A stretch of 59,800 nt of DNA, filler included, from Sphacelaria rigidula (taxonomy: Eukaryota): the NCBI GenBank assembly GCA_964200075.2. It is 7 parts of 7 records of this genome, joined end to end, with 100 filler letters (N's around TTAATTAATTAA, not from the genome) between each part and the next. Parts side by side here need not be neighbours in the genome. Positions count along the whole stretch, not along the records: positions 17,118 to 25,575 come from CAXNAA020011073.1; positions 25,676 to 34,132 come from CAXNAA020011074.1; positions 34,233 to 42,688 come from CAXNAA020011075.1; 4 more parts are not named here. The stretch is one strand, 5' to 3'. The position numbers and the translations under genes are program-made. This document shows, one piece after another, positions 25,104 to 37,533 of this stretch. How positions within the stretch are numbered: position 1 is the first letter of the stretch; every line of letters begins with the position of its first letter. A model generated the notes under the pieces. That model did not search any database. It had not been told where the DNA came from and saw nothing but the letters and a program-made list of their open reading frames with translations.

Positions 25104-25265
25104 TCTAACCCTAACCCTAACCCCAACCCCAAGGCATGCCAAGAACCCTCGGGCAAGAGAGGTAGACAGGGTTCCCTAGGCAAAGCTTGGCGTTGGCAGA
25201 CCTTGAATCGGCGCCGATTTGAACGAAAACCCCTTCTGTGAACGTCAGGAGCACACGGGACTGTC
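25104..25265 (+). repeat. Repeat headed by interstitial telomere-like (CCCTAA)n; copy 2
   Basis: ctaaccctaaccctaaccccaacccc followed by aaggcatgccaagaaccctcgggcaag. Confidence 0.7.
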
Positions 25266-25280
25266 AAGCCCCACTAGAGA

Positions 25281-25553
25281 GTCGTTCTACGGTAGCCCCC
25301 CCCCCCCCCCCCCCCCTTGAAAGCGGCTGGTTCGGGGAGGCAAAATCTGCACGTGAATTGAAATAAGAAGAGCGGAGCACAACGAGCAGCTGGGAATTCC
25401 CACGCTTGGGTCGTTTTTGCCAATGTCCCCCATACCCCCATCATATGACGCGCTTCATGCGGCCTGAAACCAAACATCAGGCGCTGTATGACCATTTTCT
25501 CCTTGACAGCTTCGGGCTGCTTTTGGGGGGGAGGCGGGGAGGGGGGGGGGGGA
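25281..25553 (-). mobile_element. MITE family A copy, one end lost in a poly-G tract
   Basis: gttctacggtagc(c)n at the left end; the body is the reverse complement of 22556-22813. Confidence 0.8.
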
Positions 25554-25575
25554 GTACTCATTTGTTGCTTGCCTT

Positions 25576-25675
25576 NNNNNNNNNNNNNNNNNNNNNNNNN
25601 NNNNNNNNNNNNNNNNNNNTTAATTAATTAANNNNNNNNNNNNNNNNNNNNNNNNNNNNNNNNNNNNNNNNNNNN
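25576..25675. other. Artificial contig spacer
   Basis: N44-TTAATTAATTAA-N44. Confidence 0.99.
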
Positions 25676-26330
25676 TGACTGATTGACCGCTTTTCACTCT
25701 CAATCGTATCATCTACTCTCAATCTCACGGAAACACTGTTATCTGACATTGGACATGATTCTCGACATCCGGGAATTGCCTGATCGTTCCGTGAGCAGCT
25801 AGCTGCGTACAGCTGCATTGAATAACTAACATAAATCCACAGTTGCCTAGTTGAGTAGCTATCTTGACTGTGGTTGCTGATACATGAGAAGTTGCGCAGG
25901 CTCCCATCCGAGGGTTGCTTACGGGCAACTACCAATAGTTGCGCGAACGTTTCAACCGAAAGTTGCCGACATGTGAATTATCACATGAGGTTTTCATCCC
26001 ATAATTATTCACAGGCAACTAGTTGCATAGCATTTTATTCGGTGGCTGTCAACTTGCAACTAGTTGCAGGACATTTCTACCCCGGCAGTTTGTGTTGAGC
26101 CGGATGTGGAGGGATAGGGGGGAGGGACCACACATTTCTTACATGTCGCCCGGTATTGATGGTGCCCATTGTGTGTCGTTACGTCCGGACTCCGAACAAC
26201 GTGGGCGCGGCACACCCTTGATGCGAGTACAGGCTTCGCCCGCAAGGTTTAGAACATACCCACCGAAGTTCTACAGTATGAAGTTTTGAACGTGCTGGTG
26301 CTGTCCTCTCTGCAATCATCATGTTGGCAG

Positions 26331-26581
26331 ACTTCCTAGAAACGTTTCATGAGCCGGCAGGGACATTTGAACGCGCAAATGCCTGTCTGACTCGGTGGTG
26401 GGCACCCGGGACCGTCAGCCCCCCAAGTATGCGTATACACATCCGGAATAGCTCGACGCTCAAACGCCGATACCAACCCGAGGTCTCATGCCCTGCGGTT
26501 GCCGCTAAACTTATGCATGAGCTACTGGACGAGCTCGCAGATGGATTGTCATTTCTCGACCAAGCTACTCAAACCATGGAG
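26331..26581 (+). CDS. Candidate exon of the contig 4 gene (…LMHELLDELADGLSFLDQATQTME)
   Basis: Acceptor ttggcag|, donor GAG|GTTGCG, open frame, and phase-compatible with the 28420 exon. Confidence 0.4.
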
Positions 26582-26818
26582 GTTGCGTGTGTCCGCACTG
26601 TGTGCTAATTACCAGACCTTGTAGGGAAGAGGAGAACTGTTCCAAGCACGCTGTGCATCTCAAAGGACACTTGTTACGCTGGGATCTGAGCGTGAGATCA
26701 GACCCTCAGCCGTTTCGACCGTTTGCGAAGCAGTTTCTCAAGCGGTTAGGATTGAAGCACGCAGCCCTCCAAATGACAACGAGCAAATATGCGCTGCTTG
26801 TGTTTCACCACATGCCTA

Positions 26819-28010
26819 CGAGCTGGACCAGCCGAAAAACGATTCTGTAGTTTGCAGGCCCATTATACGGCCAATGTTTTGAGTTGGACCCTGAAATTTG
26901 GTATGGACAATGAAAAGGGTGTAATAATAAAAATCACCAGTGCACACAAGTTTTTTTTTCTCCATGAGTTAGGGGCATTTTACCGATATCTGAAAGCTGA
27001 GTATTGCCCTTAACTCATGAAAAAAAAAGACAAAAGCCTGGTGTGCACTTGTAATGCCCTATTCATTGTCCATACTAAATTTCAGGGTCCAACTCTAAGT
27101 ATTGCCCGTATAATGGGCCGTTTAGTGAGGGGGTCAGAAGAAATTCGGAACAGTATTTTGCAGGCCACTTACCGGCCCACGTTTGGTGTTTGTGTATTCA
27201 AAATTTGTGTGGGCCATGGCTAGGGCATAATTGACAAAATGAAATGGGTCAGTTTTTATTTTTTATTTCACTGGTTTAGAGCGTTTTAGTATGGAAACCG
27301 TCATTGTTTTACGAGAACGCCCGGACCTCTTCCTCCCCCCAAAAACTGAGGGCCCATTTTTTTTTTATTCGGCATACCTCTGTGATTCTTTCTCCTGGGT
27401 TTCAAATGACAATTTTTGAGCTAAAAAATTGAGATCAGGCCCGAAAGCAGTGTCCATTTCTTCTTAAAACTGCCCCAAAAACCCGAAAAAAATGAAAAAA
27501 AAACGAAAAAATGAAGAAGCTGTGTTTATAAGCTCTATTATGCACTAGCGATTCTCCATACGAAATTTTATATCATAACTCTCAAAAACTGAGACGCGAT
27601 ATCCAGGATTAGCTAATGTAGCGCATCTGCTCGTAATATACTGATTCTAGTATGTAGACTTATGTGCGTCATATCTCGAGATGTATTACGAATTAGGTGA
27701 AGGTGAGGGTACCTATCGTCTCCCCGTGCTAAGGGAATGTCCACACGAAAATTCGTCGTCATCCGCTGAATGCATCGGTCGGGGGTTTCATACAGATTTT
27801 AGTATGGACGCTATCTCCCTCAGGTATAGGAATTACCAGACATGGGGTTTAATCAACGAGAAAATATGGGCCCAATATTTTGATCAGATGGACACCCTGC
27901 CCTTGGTTATACGATTAATACAATATGCGGATCATGGCCCAACTCGTCCGTGTCGACGAGATATTGCTTTGAGAGCTTGAATCCGTGTCTAGGCTGGCTG
28001 GCCCAACTCG
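26819..28010 (+). mobile_element. Non-autonomous TIR element family C (about 1.2 kb, TA TSD, CGAGCTGG(G/A)CC termini)
   Basis: TA|CGAGCTGGACCAGCC ... GGCTGGCCCAACTCG|TA; homologous to 29072-30484 and 52265-53590. Confidence 0.85.
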
Positions 28011-28419
28011 TATGATGAACGGTTAGCAAGTTGAAGGTTCAGCTAGCTGGTAACTTTCCGACAGTCTGACTGGCGAGTGCATTTTTTTTTCATGACTGGT
28101 TGCAACGCCGTGGTTGGAGTCTTGTACGAAACCTGACGCGGGTTCACGAAGCCAACAGCCTTGGTTGGGTAATTGTTATGGTGGCAGATGACGACACGTT
28201 CCCCATACATACCTGTGCGAGTGACCGTAGGTTTTTCACTATTGGGCGTCCTGTGTCTTTCTCCGCACACCCCTGTCCTCATCTCTCAACTCGGTACGTT
28301 TTTCTTACCATTGACCTTCCTTTGGTAGCTCGTATGCTTCCTACGGCCTCTTCGTGTCTACTGCCAACATGTCTTGTACCCTAATTCTCCGTTCATAACT
28401 TGACACTGATCAAACCTAG

Positions 28420-28896
28420 ACGGTGCTGCGGGGAGCGCGATCTGCGGCCTTGTCTGCGGCTTCATCCACGTCTGTCCTCAGCCTCGCTACAACAAGGGCG
28501 ATGCTTCCCGGACTTGCTGTCACGGCTGCCAGCCTCGGTGTTCTGAAGGTACGCTCTATCGCCGAAAAATCAGCATTTTGGGAGGTGATGACTGAGGTTG
28601 TTTGGACAGACATCCCGGGGCCATCACCACGTGTATTCACGACTGTTCCGAACTCTACATATGGGGATGGGTTGGTCTATCGTGAAGGTTGCCGTACCGT
28701 CACAAGGCAAACCGTGATTTTTTCTTGGCGAATGGTTTGTACCACTTGCTCCTAAATCGCTTGAGATATTCGCAGGTGTACGTTGAGATTGAAGAGTTTC
28801 GTTGCCAATCGCGAAGCACATTTGGTGCGGCGTAGTCTGCAGCGAATCTTTAGTGTCCGCTGCTCGTTGTTGTGCGCTTCACAAATAGCTTCTCCG
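28420..28896 (+). CDS. Two candidate exons of the contig 4 gene (28420 to 28548 or about 28670; 28776-28896)
   Basis: Acceptors aaacctag| and attcgcag|, strong donor CCG|GTGAGT at 28896. Peptides TVLRGARSAALSAAS... and CTLRLKSFVANREAHLVRRSLQRIF. The internal boundary is uncertain. Confidence 0.45.
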
Positions 28897-29071
28897 GTGA
28901 GTCTATTCGCGTGTGAATCGAAAAGAACAGTGTTTTCGCCAGATCGAGGAGAATCCAGAGTTTGAGAGGGAGGGAGGGTCCAAAAAATCAGAAATGTCCG
29001 TTTATGGACTGTTGCTTCTAGGGGCATACTTCGAGCCAGGCACGGAGCAGCTGGAATGAAAATTCTTACAA

Positions 29072-30484
29072 CAAGCTGGGCCAGCCTATAGGCAAATCTG
29101 TAGTTTGCAGGCTCAATTCGCCAGCCAATATTTAGAGGTGGATCCTAAAATTGGTTGTGGACGACGAACAAGGCATGATGAAAAAAATGACGGGTGTACC
29201 TAAAGTTTTATCTCTTGATGATTTGACGGCATTTTACTGATTCCTGAAATCTGATTATTGCCTTTGACTCGTGAAAAGAATAAAATACATGGGTATACGC
29301 GTATTTTTGTTATCATGGCCTTTTCATGGTCTACACCCATTTTTTGGGTTCAACTCTGAATATTGGGCCGCTCAGTGATCGGGTCGGTAGAAATTCGAAA
29401 TAGTTTTCTGCAAGTCACTTGCCGGTCGGTCCACGTTTGGTGTTTGTGTGTTGAAATCTTGTGTGGGACCTTGGTAGGGCACAATGAACAAAAACGAAGT
29501 GGGTCAGGTTGGTATTTATTTATTTTCTTCACTGGTTTAGGGCGTTTGAGTATAGTTACGACCATTTTTTTACGAGCACGCCCGAACCTCTCTGAAAAAA
29601 ATGAAGGCCCATTTTTTTTATTCAGCATACCTCTGTGGCTCCCTATGCTAAATTCAAACCATAATTCTAAAAATTGAGCTCAAGAATAGAGATGAGGCCC
29701 AAGAGCGATGCTCATTTCTCGTCAAAACTACCCTCAAAGAGGTATTTCAAACTCGGCTCCCGGTATCCTGGTTTACTCGCCGGCTCTGAGTTGTGTACTT
29801 TTTTTTCAAGTGGAAGTGATCGCGATTCATAGGAGGATCTGATCTGGCGCGGTGAAAGGGTCTCATCATCTGATGAACCGCCATCACTTCTACTCGAAAA
29901 TAGAACGAAACAAACCAGGATAACAGGATCCGAGTTTGAGATACTTTGAATAAAACCAAAAAAACAAGAAAATGAAAATTGTTTTTTTATTTTGTTATAT
30001 TATGCATTAGCGGCTTTCTATACGAAATTTCATAACACACTCTCGAAAAGTAAGACGGGATATCCAGACTCCATTAATCTATTGATAGTGCTTCTGCTCG
30101 TGGTATATGTATTTTAGTATGGGACCTTATGTGCGCCATATCTCGAGATGGATAACGAATTAGGTGAATGGTCGCAGTATCTGTCGTCTCCCTGTACTCC
30201 AGGGAATGTCCACACCAATAAACTGCCATTCGCGGAATATATCTTTCTGGGTTCCATGTAGATTTTAGCATGGACGCTGTATTCGTACGGTACAGGAATT
30301 ACTAGAAATGCAGTTTAATCAACGAGGAAATATTGGCACAGGCTTTCAAGCAGAATGGGGGCACCTTCCCCTTGATGAGATGATTGATACGATGTGCGGA
30401 TCACGGCCCACCTCGCCTTTGTCGAAAAGATAATACTCGGAGAGCTTCAACCGTTTGAGCCGCTTCTAGGCTGGCCAAGCGTGT
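29072..30484 (+). mobile_element. Second, more decayed copy of TIR element family C
   Basis: caagctgggccagcc start, colinear with 26819-28010, degenerate right terminus. Confidence 0.8.
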
Positions 30485-30789
30485 GGCAGAGGGATGAATT
30501 CATTTTACATTTCATTGTATTGGCTTGGTCAATCAGCAAGATCTAGAAACTCAACGTTCCCAGCAATGGTCGATTCTACTTGAAAACAGTTTGAATTCTG
30601 AAATGCCTCTCCGAGCCCTATACGAGGCCTTACGGACTTTTTTGTAATATCTTGCCACGGAAGTCTCTGATATCCTCGAGTAGGATTTTGTGTGATTGAA
30701 AGCACACGACATTGTTCCAGGCATGGGAGGATGCACAAGAAATAAAAAACTGGTCAAGTTTGAGCGAGGCATATCGAGACCGCGCCTTC

Positions 30790-30956
30790 GCTCATCATTT
30801 TCCGATGAAAAAAAGTGCGGTGGAAAAGGAAAAATCCGATCGGATAGGTCGGGGTTTCAATCATCTTTCGAATAAACTACAATGGTTGAAATCACGACCT
30901 ATCCGATCGGAGTTTTCCTTTTCCACCGCACGTTTTCGATCGAAACTTGGTGTGCT
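30790..30956. mobile_element. Palindromic MITE (same family as 11516-11679)
   Basis: gtgcggtggaaaaggaaaa.tccgatcggataggtcg / cgacctatccgatcgga.ttttccttttccaccgcac. Confidence 0.8.
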
Positions 30957-31399
30957 ATGATACGCCGAAATGCTGGACTCTCGGTCTGGCGAAAGCCCTC
31001 TTCGAATTACACGATGGGATATAATTGGCGGATGCGGAAGTAGTACCAAAAGCCACCCCCTGCTCCGCGCTCGGTTATATTTGTTGTACTCCTGTCTTCG
31101 CTCGTGCCTTGTACGGAATATCATGCCGAAGCAACGTGCGCTGTTCTTTATTGTGCTCCAAAAGTTATGACATATATATATAAAGGTGGTGCACTCGCTG
31201 GGATATTCATCATTCGTGACACACAGACAGAGCAGTTAGGATTGTTTTCATATATATTTTAGTATGGACACAATCGGAACAAAAACAAGTGCACTGCCTG
31301 TGTATATATTTTGTATACATATATCCAACTGCACCGTCTGTGGGTCACGGACGACTTATTTTTATTATTTTAATACACGGATAGTCCAATGATTATATA

Positions 31400-31930
31400 T
31401 AAACAAATTAATTAACTAATTAATTTATTAAAGATTGTTCGAGGATGGATGGTTGGTTTTATTATTATGAAATAAAATTAGATATAAATTAATTAACTAA
31501 TTAACTAATTAACTAATTAATTAAAGACTGTTTGAGGATGGATGGTTGGTTTTCATTTTTTGGGCAAGGAAAAGACAACATGAGGATAGATGGTATTTAA
31601 TTTTTGGACAAAGGAAAGACAAAATGGATAAAAAATCTAACCCTTTGGGAAGCAAGTGCTGATTTCTGTGGTTGTCGTGAATCGGCATCATTTTGAGTTT
31701 AAAATGTCTAAATTAGCACTGGGCTCCCAGAGACTCGGCAATTTTCGCGAAAGACAATATGAGGATGGATGATTTTTAATTTTTGGACAAGGGAAAGACA
31801 AAATGGATAAAAAATCTAACCCTTTGGGAACCAAGTGCTGATTTTTGTGGTTGTCGTGAATCGGCATCATTTTGAGTTTAAAATGTCTAAATTAGCACTG
31901 GGCTCCCAGAGACTCGGCAATTTTCGCAAT
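31400..31930. repeat. AT-rich tandem repeats: (AATTAACT)n tracts and a nearly identical 179-bp duplication
   Basis: aaagacaa(c/t)atgaggat at 31571 and 31750; both units end gagactcggcaattttcgc. Confidence 0.88.
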
Positions 31931-31979
31931 CAGACCAGCGGCCTGCGCAAAAAAACAGCGATGTATCCACACACAACCC

Positions 31980-32510
31980 GTATAGAGATCTGCAGAAAAT
32001 AGTAGAGAAATTCTAAGAATTCGCCGAGAAGGGCGAGCGGGGAGTAGCATTCGAAGAATAGGCGATCAGCGCGACTGTATATAGCGGCTGTTCACGACGG
32101 CTCTTCCGAGAAATGCAACTTATCGAGATCTGCACTAAAGACTAGGAATAAAATGGCGGCTTGTCCGAGAAATGCGACGTATCGAGATCCGCACCAAAAA
32201 ATAGGAATAATTTTCGAATTTACCGATGCGCCGATTCAGACGAGCGGGGAGTAAAATTTGACAACCGACGAGCACAATCGTATACCCGTAGCGGCTGTAG
32301 ACGTCGGGACGTCGGTGAAATTGAACTTCTGAAAATCCGCACGATGAAAGAGACCTCTCGTCCGAGAAATGCAACGTATCGAGATCTGCACTAAAAAATA
32401 GGAATCAATCTGAATTTACCATAACTCGCCCATTGTAACGAGCGGGGAGTAAAATTTGACTAATCAGCCGATGAGCACGATCGTATAGCGGCTGTAGACG
32501 CTGGGTCGTC
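31980..32510. repeat. Degenerate tandem repeat (gagatctgcac...gagcggggagta...agcggctgt)
   Basis: The motif set recurs three to four times. Confidence 0.7.
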
Positions 32511-33549
32511 CGTGGAATTACAAAAAAATGCAGTTGATGGGGAACTGCATGCCAATGTTGTCAGGTCGTCCGTCGAAATCAACGTACCAATTTATTACTT
32601 TTCCAAATTCGCCGATCATAGCGAACGTACGGCGGCAGGAGTCGGGTAAAAAACTTTGAGATTCGCCGATGAGCACAAACTATGAGTAAGTACAGATGGT
32701 GAGATACACACCCACGCTTGGAATGGTGATGGAGGCGCAAAGCGATGAGTCATGACGAATTAGCGTTCGCGGCGGGAGACGGCCATAAGGAAATTTGGCC
32801 AAGGACAACGCACAGGCCAATACTGTACGTCATCTCATTCCCACCTTTGGTACTCATTCCTCCCTGACATCGATTATGATTGTAATATTACAACAGTACC
32901 GTCGTAGTATGTCTGCAGTATTATTGAAACATTACAACAGTACCGCTGTAGTATGTTTTGTTTTTATTAGCAGCATGTACACCGTCAGAGAGGACGCTGC
33001 ACCGCTTACTCACCTACGTATGTTTCAGTAACGCCGTTAGGAACTCCAATTTGATTTTCGAGACGATGGGACGCCAATATATGGGGCAATCGGAACAGAA
33101 ACAAGTGCACTACATATGTATATATGTCATGAACGTTGTTGTGCTCTCTCGATGCATTTTTTTTGCCAAAAAAGTAAGTGAAGAGCACTTCTCTTTGCAG
33201 GAATCGGGACAGTATAGCCATACTCAAACTCAATACGCATAGTGAATACGACTGTCGTGATGTATCTGACATATTCTGTATTACGAAGGTGCAGGTGTCT
33301 TGCTGGCGGAACGTTGTGGCTGTCGTTCCTGTGCCCCATTTGCACCCGAAATGAACCTAGGGAACATCACTAGCTTGGCACGCATCGCTGGTGAAGCGAA
33401 AATACGTGTAAGAGTACTACCGGAACACGAAACGCCCTTTGGTTTTGGCGTGCCAGCCCGCCCAAATCGTATTGTTGTACTGTCGCCGCCAGTCTTTCCT
33501 ATGCAGTTATTGCTATTCTCGTTTTTTCTTGCCCTTGCTTTGCACAAAG

Positions 33550-33723
33550 GTGTTGACGAAGTTGCAAGGGATGTTCTACTCAGTTCCCTTCCATCATCAA
33601 GACAATCCGTGAGCGACAGTTCCCAGCGTCTGGCCATGGGTTCCGAGAGGGACCAACTGCAATGTCCCGTGTGTGAGGAGGTTATGGTGAAAGCTGCCCC
33701 TCAGGCTCCTCGGTTGTTGCGCG
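33550..33723 (+). CDS. Candidate exon encoding the start of a RING-type Zn finger (LQCPVCEEVMVKAAPQAPRLL)
   Basis: Polypyrimidine tract plus AAG acceptor. CxxC followed by the PR-L motif that typically precedes CGH in RING domains. Small upstream exons at about 32990-33018 and 33289-33390 are phase-compatible. The donor is uncertain. Confidence 0.5.
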
Positions 33724-34132
33724 TGTGATATTTTGTTTTGCCCAGGTGTTAACGGTGCACAAGGCGTGTGTTGTAGTCGTAAACTCAATGACGTGTAGCG
33801 TTCAACGCGCAGCTTTGCGGCAGGGGAATGTATTTTCGTTTTCATATGAAGATGTTCGTGTGATGCGTTGTGTATAAGCCTTGATCCGAGCTGGGAAGTT
33901 CGGATCTGACTGGAGGCTTCCTTGTGTCGAGATGAGTGTTGTGCATTTGAAGCGAGTTTTGTATTGAATTAGGCATCATGCATATGGTGAGGTGGGTACC
34001 GGGATGAGAACGTTGCTTCGAATGTGGTGGGTGTTGGAAGATTAGACGGTTAGGACAAATCATCACGACTCAAAATTACCAAATTCACTATTTCTTCTGC
34101 CTGATTGCCCGAAAGAGAGGAAAAAGTTGACC

Positions 34133-34232
34133 NNNNNNNNNNNNNNNNNNNNNNNNNNNNNNNNNNNNNNNNNNNNTTAATTAATTAANNNNNNNNNNNN
34201 NNNNNNNNNNNNNNNNNNNNNNNNNNNNNNNN
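34133..34232. other. Artificial contig spacer
   Basis: N44-TTAATTAATTAA-N44. Confidence 0.99.
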
Positions 34233-34328
34233 AAGGGGAAAGAGGGTGGGTGCGTGGAGGGGGCGGTGATTCGATATAATGAAAACGAGCTTTGGAGCTT
34301 GACGCTTGTACATGTGCAGATATGCATA

Positions 34329-35215
34329 CAGGCTGGGCCAGCTGACGGTGATGTTTGGCTGTACTCTAGCGATGCTGTCGGGAATTCGAAGAGTTAGGCG
34401 CTGAGTTTTTGACACAACATTTTTTGAATCACCACCCAAAACATTCCTGGTGATGCCAATGAAAAAGAGAAAAAAAACAGGAAGTTGATGCGATTCGAAG
34501 TTTCTGCATAAATTAGACAAATGCTATTACTCCGTGAAAAAAAAAAACGGAGGCAACTCCAGAAATGCTGTGCGTTCTTGTGTGGAGAATATCCTGGTGC
34601 AATTTCGGCCAAAACTTGTAGTAATCATGGTACAGGATGCAATTTTTCGTGTGGCACGGCTGCGCCCCGGTAGTCAAACCGGTATAACCGCCCCTAATTG
34701 TAGAGGTCACGAGTTCGAGTCCCGACACGACTATTTTGTTTTTGCACATAATCTGGCATAGCGCCTTGCATCTGGGGGGCGTATGGCGCAGTTCGGGGTA
34801 GTACTTCTCCCGCTTACGGTGGTGACCGACTGTCGGCCGGGAGGTTCTCTCCCATGATGGAGTTGTTGACGAACTTGATGCCATCTTGCAGCACTACTCG
34901 TGGCAGTGTGCTTCTGCCTGCCCATGTCGAGTCTTCGCGTGCCTGTGCAGCGCATTTCCCTACCGTAATTCTACCGCATTTCGTGAAAGGAAACGTCTCC
35001 GGCCACGCCATCACGCAACGACACGAGACATTCCCGGTACTCAATGCAGTACAATAATGTCATCGCCAAAACTTCGCCAATGGAGCAGCGGCGGTGCCGT
35101 GCATTACCAGGTTGGTCTGCAGTTCACAGCAATATGCTCAGGTCGAGCTGACTTTGTAAAGTCGGCGAGTTATAGTGGGACATGCAAATGCGTCATGTAC
35201 TGCTGGCCCAGCTCG
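34329..35215 (+). mobile_element. TIR element family E, complete copy, within SPS intron 3
   Basis: TA|CAGGCTGGGCC...GGCCCAGCTCG|TA; colinear with 22141-23290 but lacking the nested MITE. Confidence 0.85.
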
Positions 35216-35892
35216 TACGAACTTGAAGATTCTAGGTTCAAGATCGTCGAAGAGCTCATGGTAACTGTTCGCCGTCCGATTGCTGACTCCTCCACTTAAG
35301 TCGTTCATCACGGGCAATGACTCGTGTGCTCGAGTCATTTACTTCACCACGAGCAATGACTCGAGTACTCGCCCTGCTGAATTTCTCCACAACGAGCAAA
35401 GACTACAGTGCGCGCCCTGTTAATTTTTTTCCACAACGAGTCAGTGCTCGCCCTACAGGCTGGGCCGCGGGAGAAGCGGACTTTACTTCAGCCGGTTCCA
35501 ACTGACGATCTATCGCGAGTTGTGCATACCATAACACATCGTGGTAATCTACAAACCAACGCGCGTCTTTCACTTCACGTAACACTGCGATCCAACAAGT
35601 TCCCATCAAATGAAATACTAGACTGAAGTCAGGTGCGAAAAGTAGAGAGTTGAGGGTGGAATGTAGTGGAATGTACAGCGGAATTACGGGGGGAGAAGGC
35701 TGAAATCGCCGTACGCTTACAGTCGGTTGTGTCGCGGCCGCAAAGTGATGGTGCTGCACTAGTTGTGGTTGCACAACAATGCATATCGTACTGTACGCGC
35801 GCATGGTCTGAGTTGGTACGCAGACGAGACCTCCAGCGCCCCAAGGCGTCGGGCTTGTAGAAAACGTCGAAGTTCCGGCTGAGGTTGTTGTA

Positions 35893-36474
35893 CTAGCTGG
35901 GCCAGCCAAGAGTAGGTGTGAATCTCGCTCAGGCGACGCACGGCGCTATAGTGGGAGTTGGACGCTGAAATTTCGACAGCAGCTCTTCGTGATCGAAATG
36001 CAGAAGATCGCGTGAGCAGCAAAGAAAAAGAAAAGAGAAGAAGAAGTTATGGGTATCTGAAATTGCAGCAAAAATAAGAAATGTCGGAAGTCCAGGAAAA
36101 AAAAGAGAATCTGCGGCTGCTCACGTGAAGTATCAGTTCCTTCGGTGCAGAAGGTCTACCTAGACTTTCAGCTCAAGAGTCGTCGAATTGGGCCGTGCGT
36201 TCAACATTTTCTGTGACACTGCTGCACTCCTATAAATCAAACGATGGGAAACTCCAATTATTGAGGTCATAAGTTCGAATCCCAACAGATTCTTTTTTTT
36301 TTCGTCCGTCAAGGTTGTACATTATGAAGAACATATTTTTTTCATTCAGCAGTGGTGCCGTGTGTTACCAGGTTGGTCTACACTTGACAGTGATATGCTT
36401 ACATGGGCTCGTTCGGGAACTGGGGAAGCTGCGGTGTGAGCAAGTTTCAGCCGTTTTCACGTTGGCCCAGCTCG
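35893..36474 (+). mobile_element. Shorter relative of family E
   Basis: TA|CTAGCTGGGCC...GGCCCAGCTCG|TA; retains the B-box-like AAGTTCGAATCCC and ttaccaggttggtct. Confidence 0.75.
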
Positions 36475-37354
36475 TACTCTAAAAGCAAGTGGAGCGGTTC
36501 TCGACAGATACAGGCGATTTCACTGCTCAATTTCGAGTCGTTTTTCATGAAATGTTGAAACGATTTACCCTAGGTATATGTGAAGCCCCTACCGTTTCTC
36601 CCTCTTTCAGTTACTATTTTCTTTTTGAGTTATTAGTGATCGAAATTTCGGGACATTTTTACCTTGTACAAAAGCGTCGACAACTCATTGAAAAAAACAA
36701 AATGTCAAGGGGGGACAATAGAGACTTTACAACATACCTCATGCGCACCGTCTCATAATTTCGTGGAAAAATAATTGAATTTCAACAGCATAACCGCGTT
36801 CCGTTTTTTCGTGGCTGGTCCATTTCAACATGGGAACCAGTCTTCGACCCGAACACGCGATTGAGCAGCTCAATATTAGGTGGTCTTCTATGAATTTTCG
36901 ACACTTACAGAATACAGAATGTATGTGCGAAGAATCCACCTTCTGCCCCTTCCATTTTTTTTTCTTCTCCGTAAGTTATCGGCAACCGAACATTTCAGGA
37001 CAGTTCATTTCGGAACAGAATCGTGAATAACTCCCGAAAAACAAATGTAGGGAGCAGAAGGTAGAGTCTTCGCACATACATCCTGTACATGGTGTCGAAA
37101 TTTCATAAAAAACGACCCCCAAAATTGAGCTGCTAAATTCTGTGTCCACACCCCTGTCCGCGTCTTGGGCGACCCAGCCTCTACTGAATTTTTCCCACGA
37201 CGAGCAATTACTCGAGTGCTCGCCCTACACCTCAAATCGTTTCCAGAACGAGAAATGACTCGAGTACTCGCCCCATTAATTTTTACGGTCAACGAGCAGC
37301 TCGACGAGCGCGAGTGCCACGAGTCATACTCGTGCTCGACCGACGTATGCAAAC

Positions 37355-37533
37355 CTTGTTGCTGTACAGCTTGTGCACCGCCATCCCGCCCCTCCGAACC
37401 TCCGCTTCGTCCAACACGTCGTCGTGAATCAAAGACGCGACGTGAATCATTTCCGTGATTTGGCCAAGCTTGCCCTGTTTCGTGTACTCCTCACTAGCCC
37501 TGTGATTTTGCGGCACTTCACTCGTCGCCAACG
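37355..37533 (-). CDS. SPS: Long-chain trans-prenyltransferase (solanesyl diphosphate synthase-like), exon 3, with the first DDxxD motif
   Basis: LGQITEMIHVASLIHDDVLDEAEVRRGGMAVHKLYSNK; acceptor ccgatag|, donor AAG|GTTTGC. Downstream exons are not found in the contig. Confidence 0.9.
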
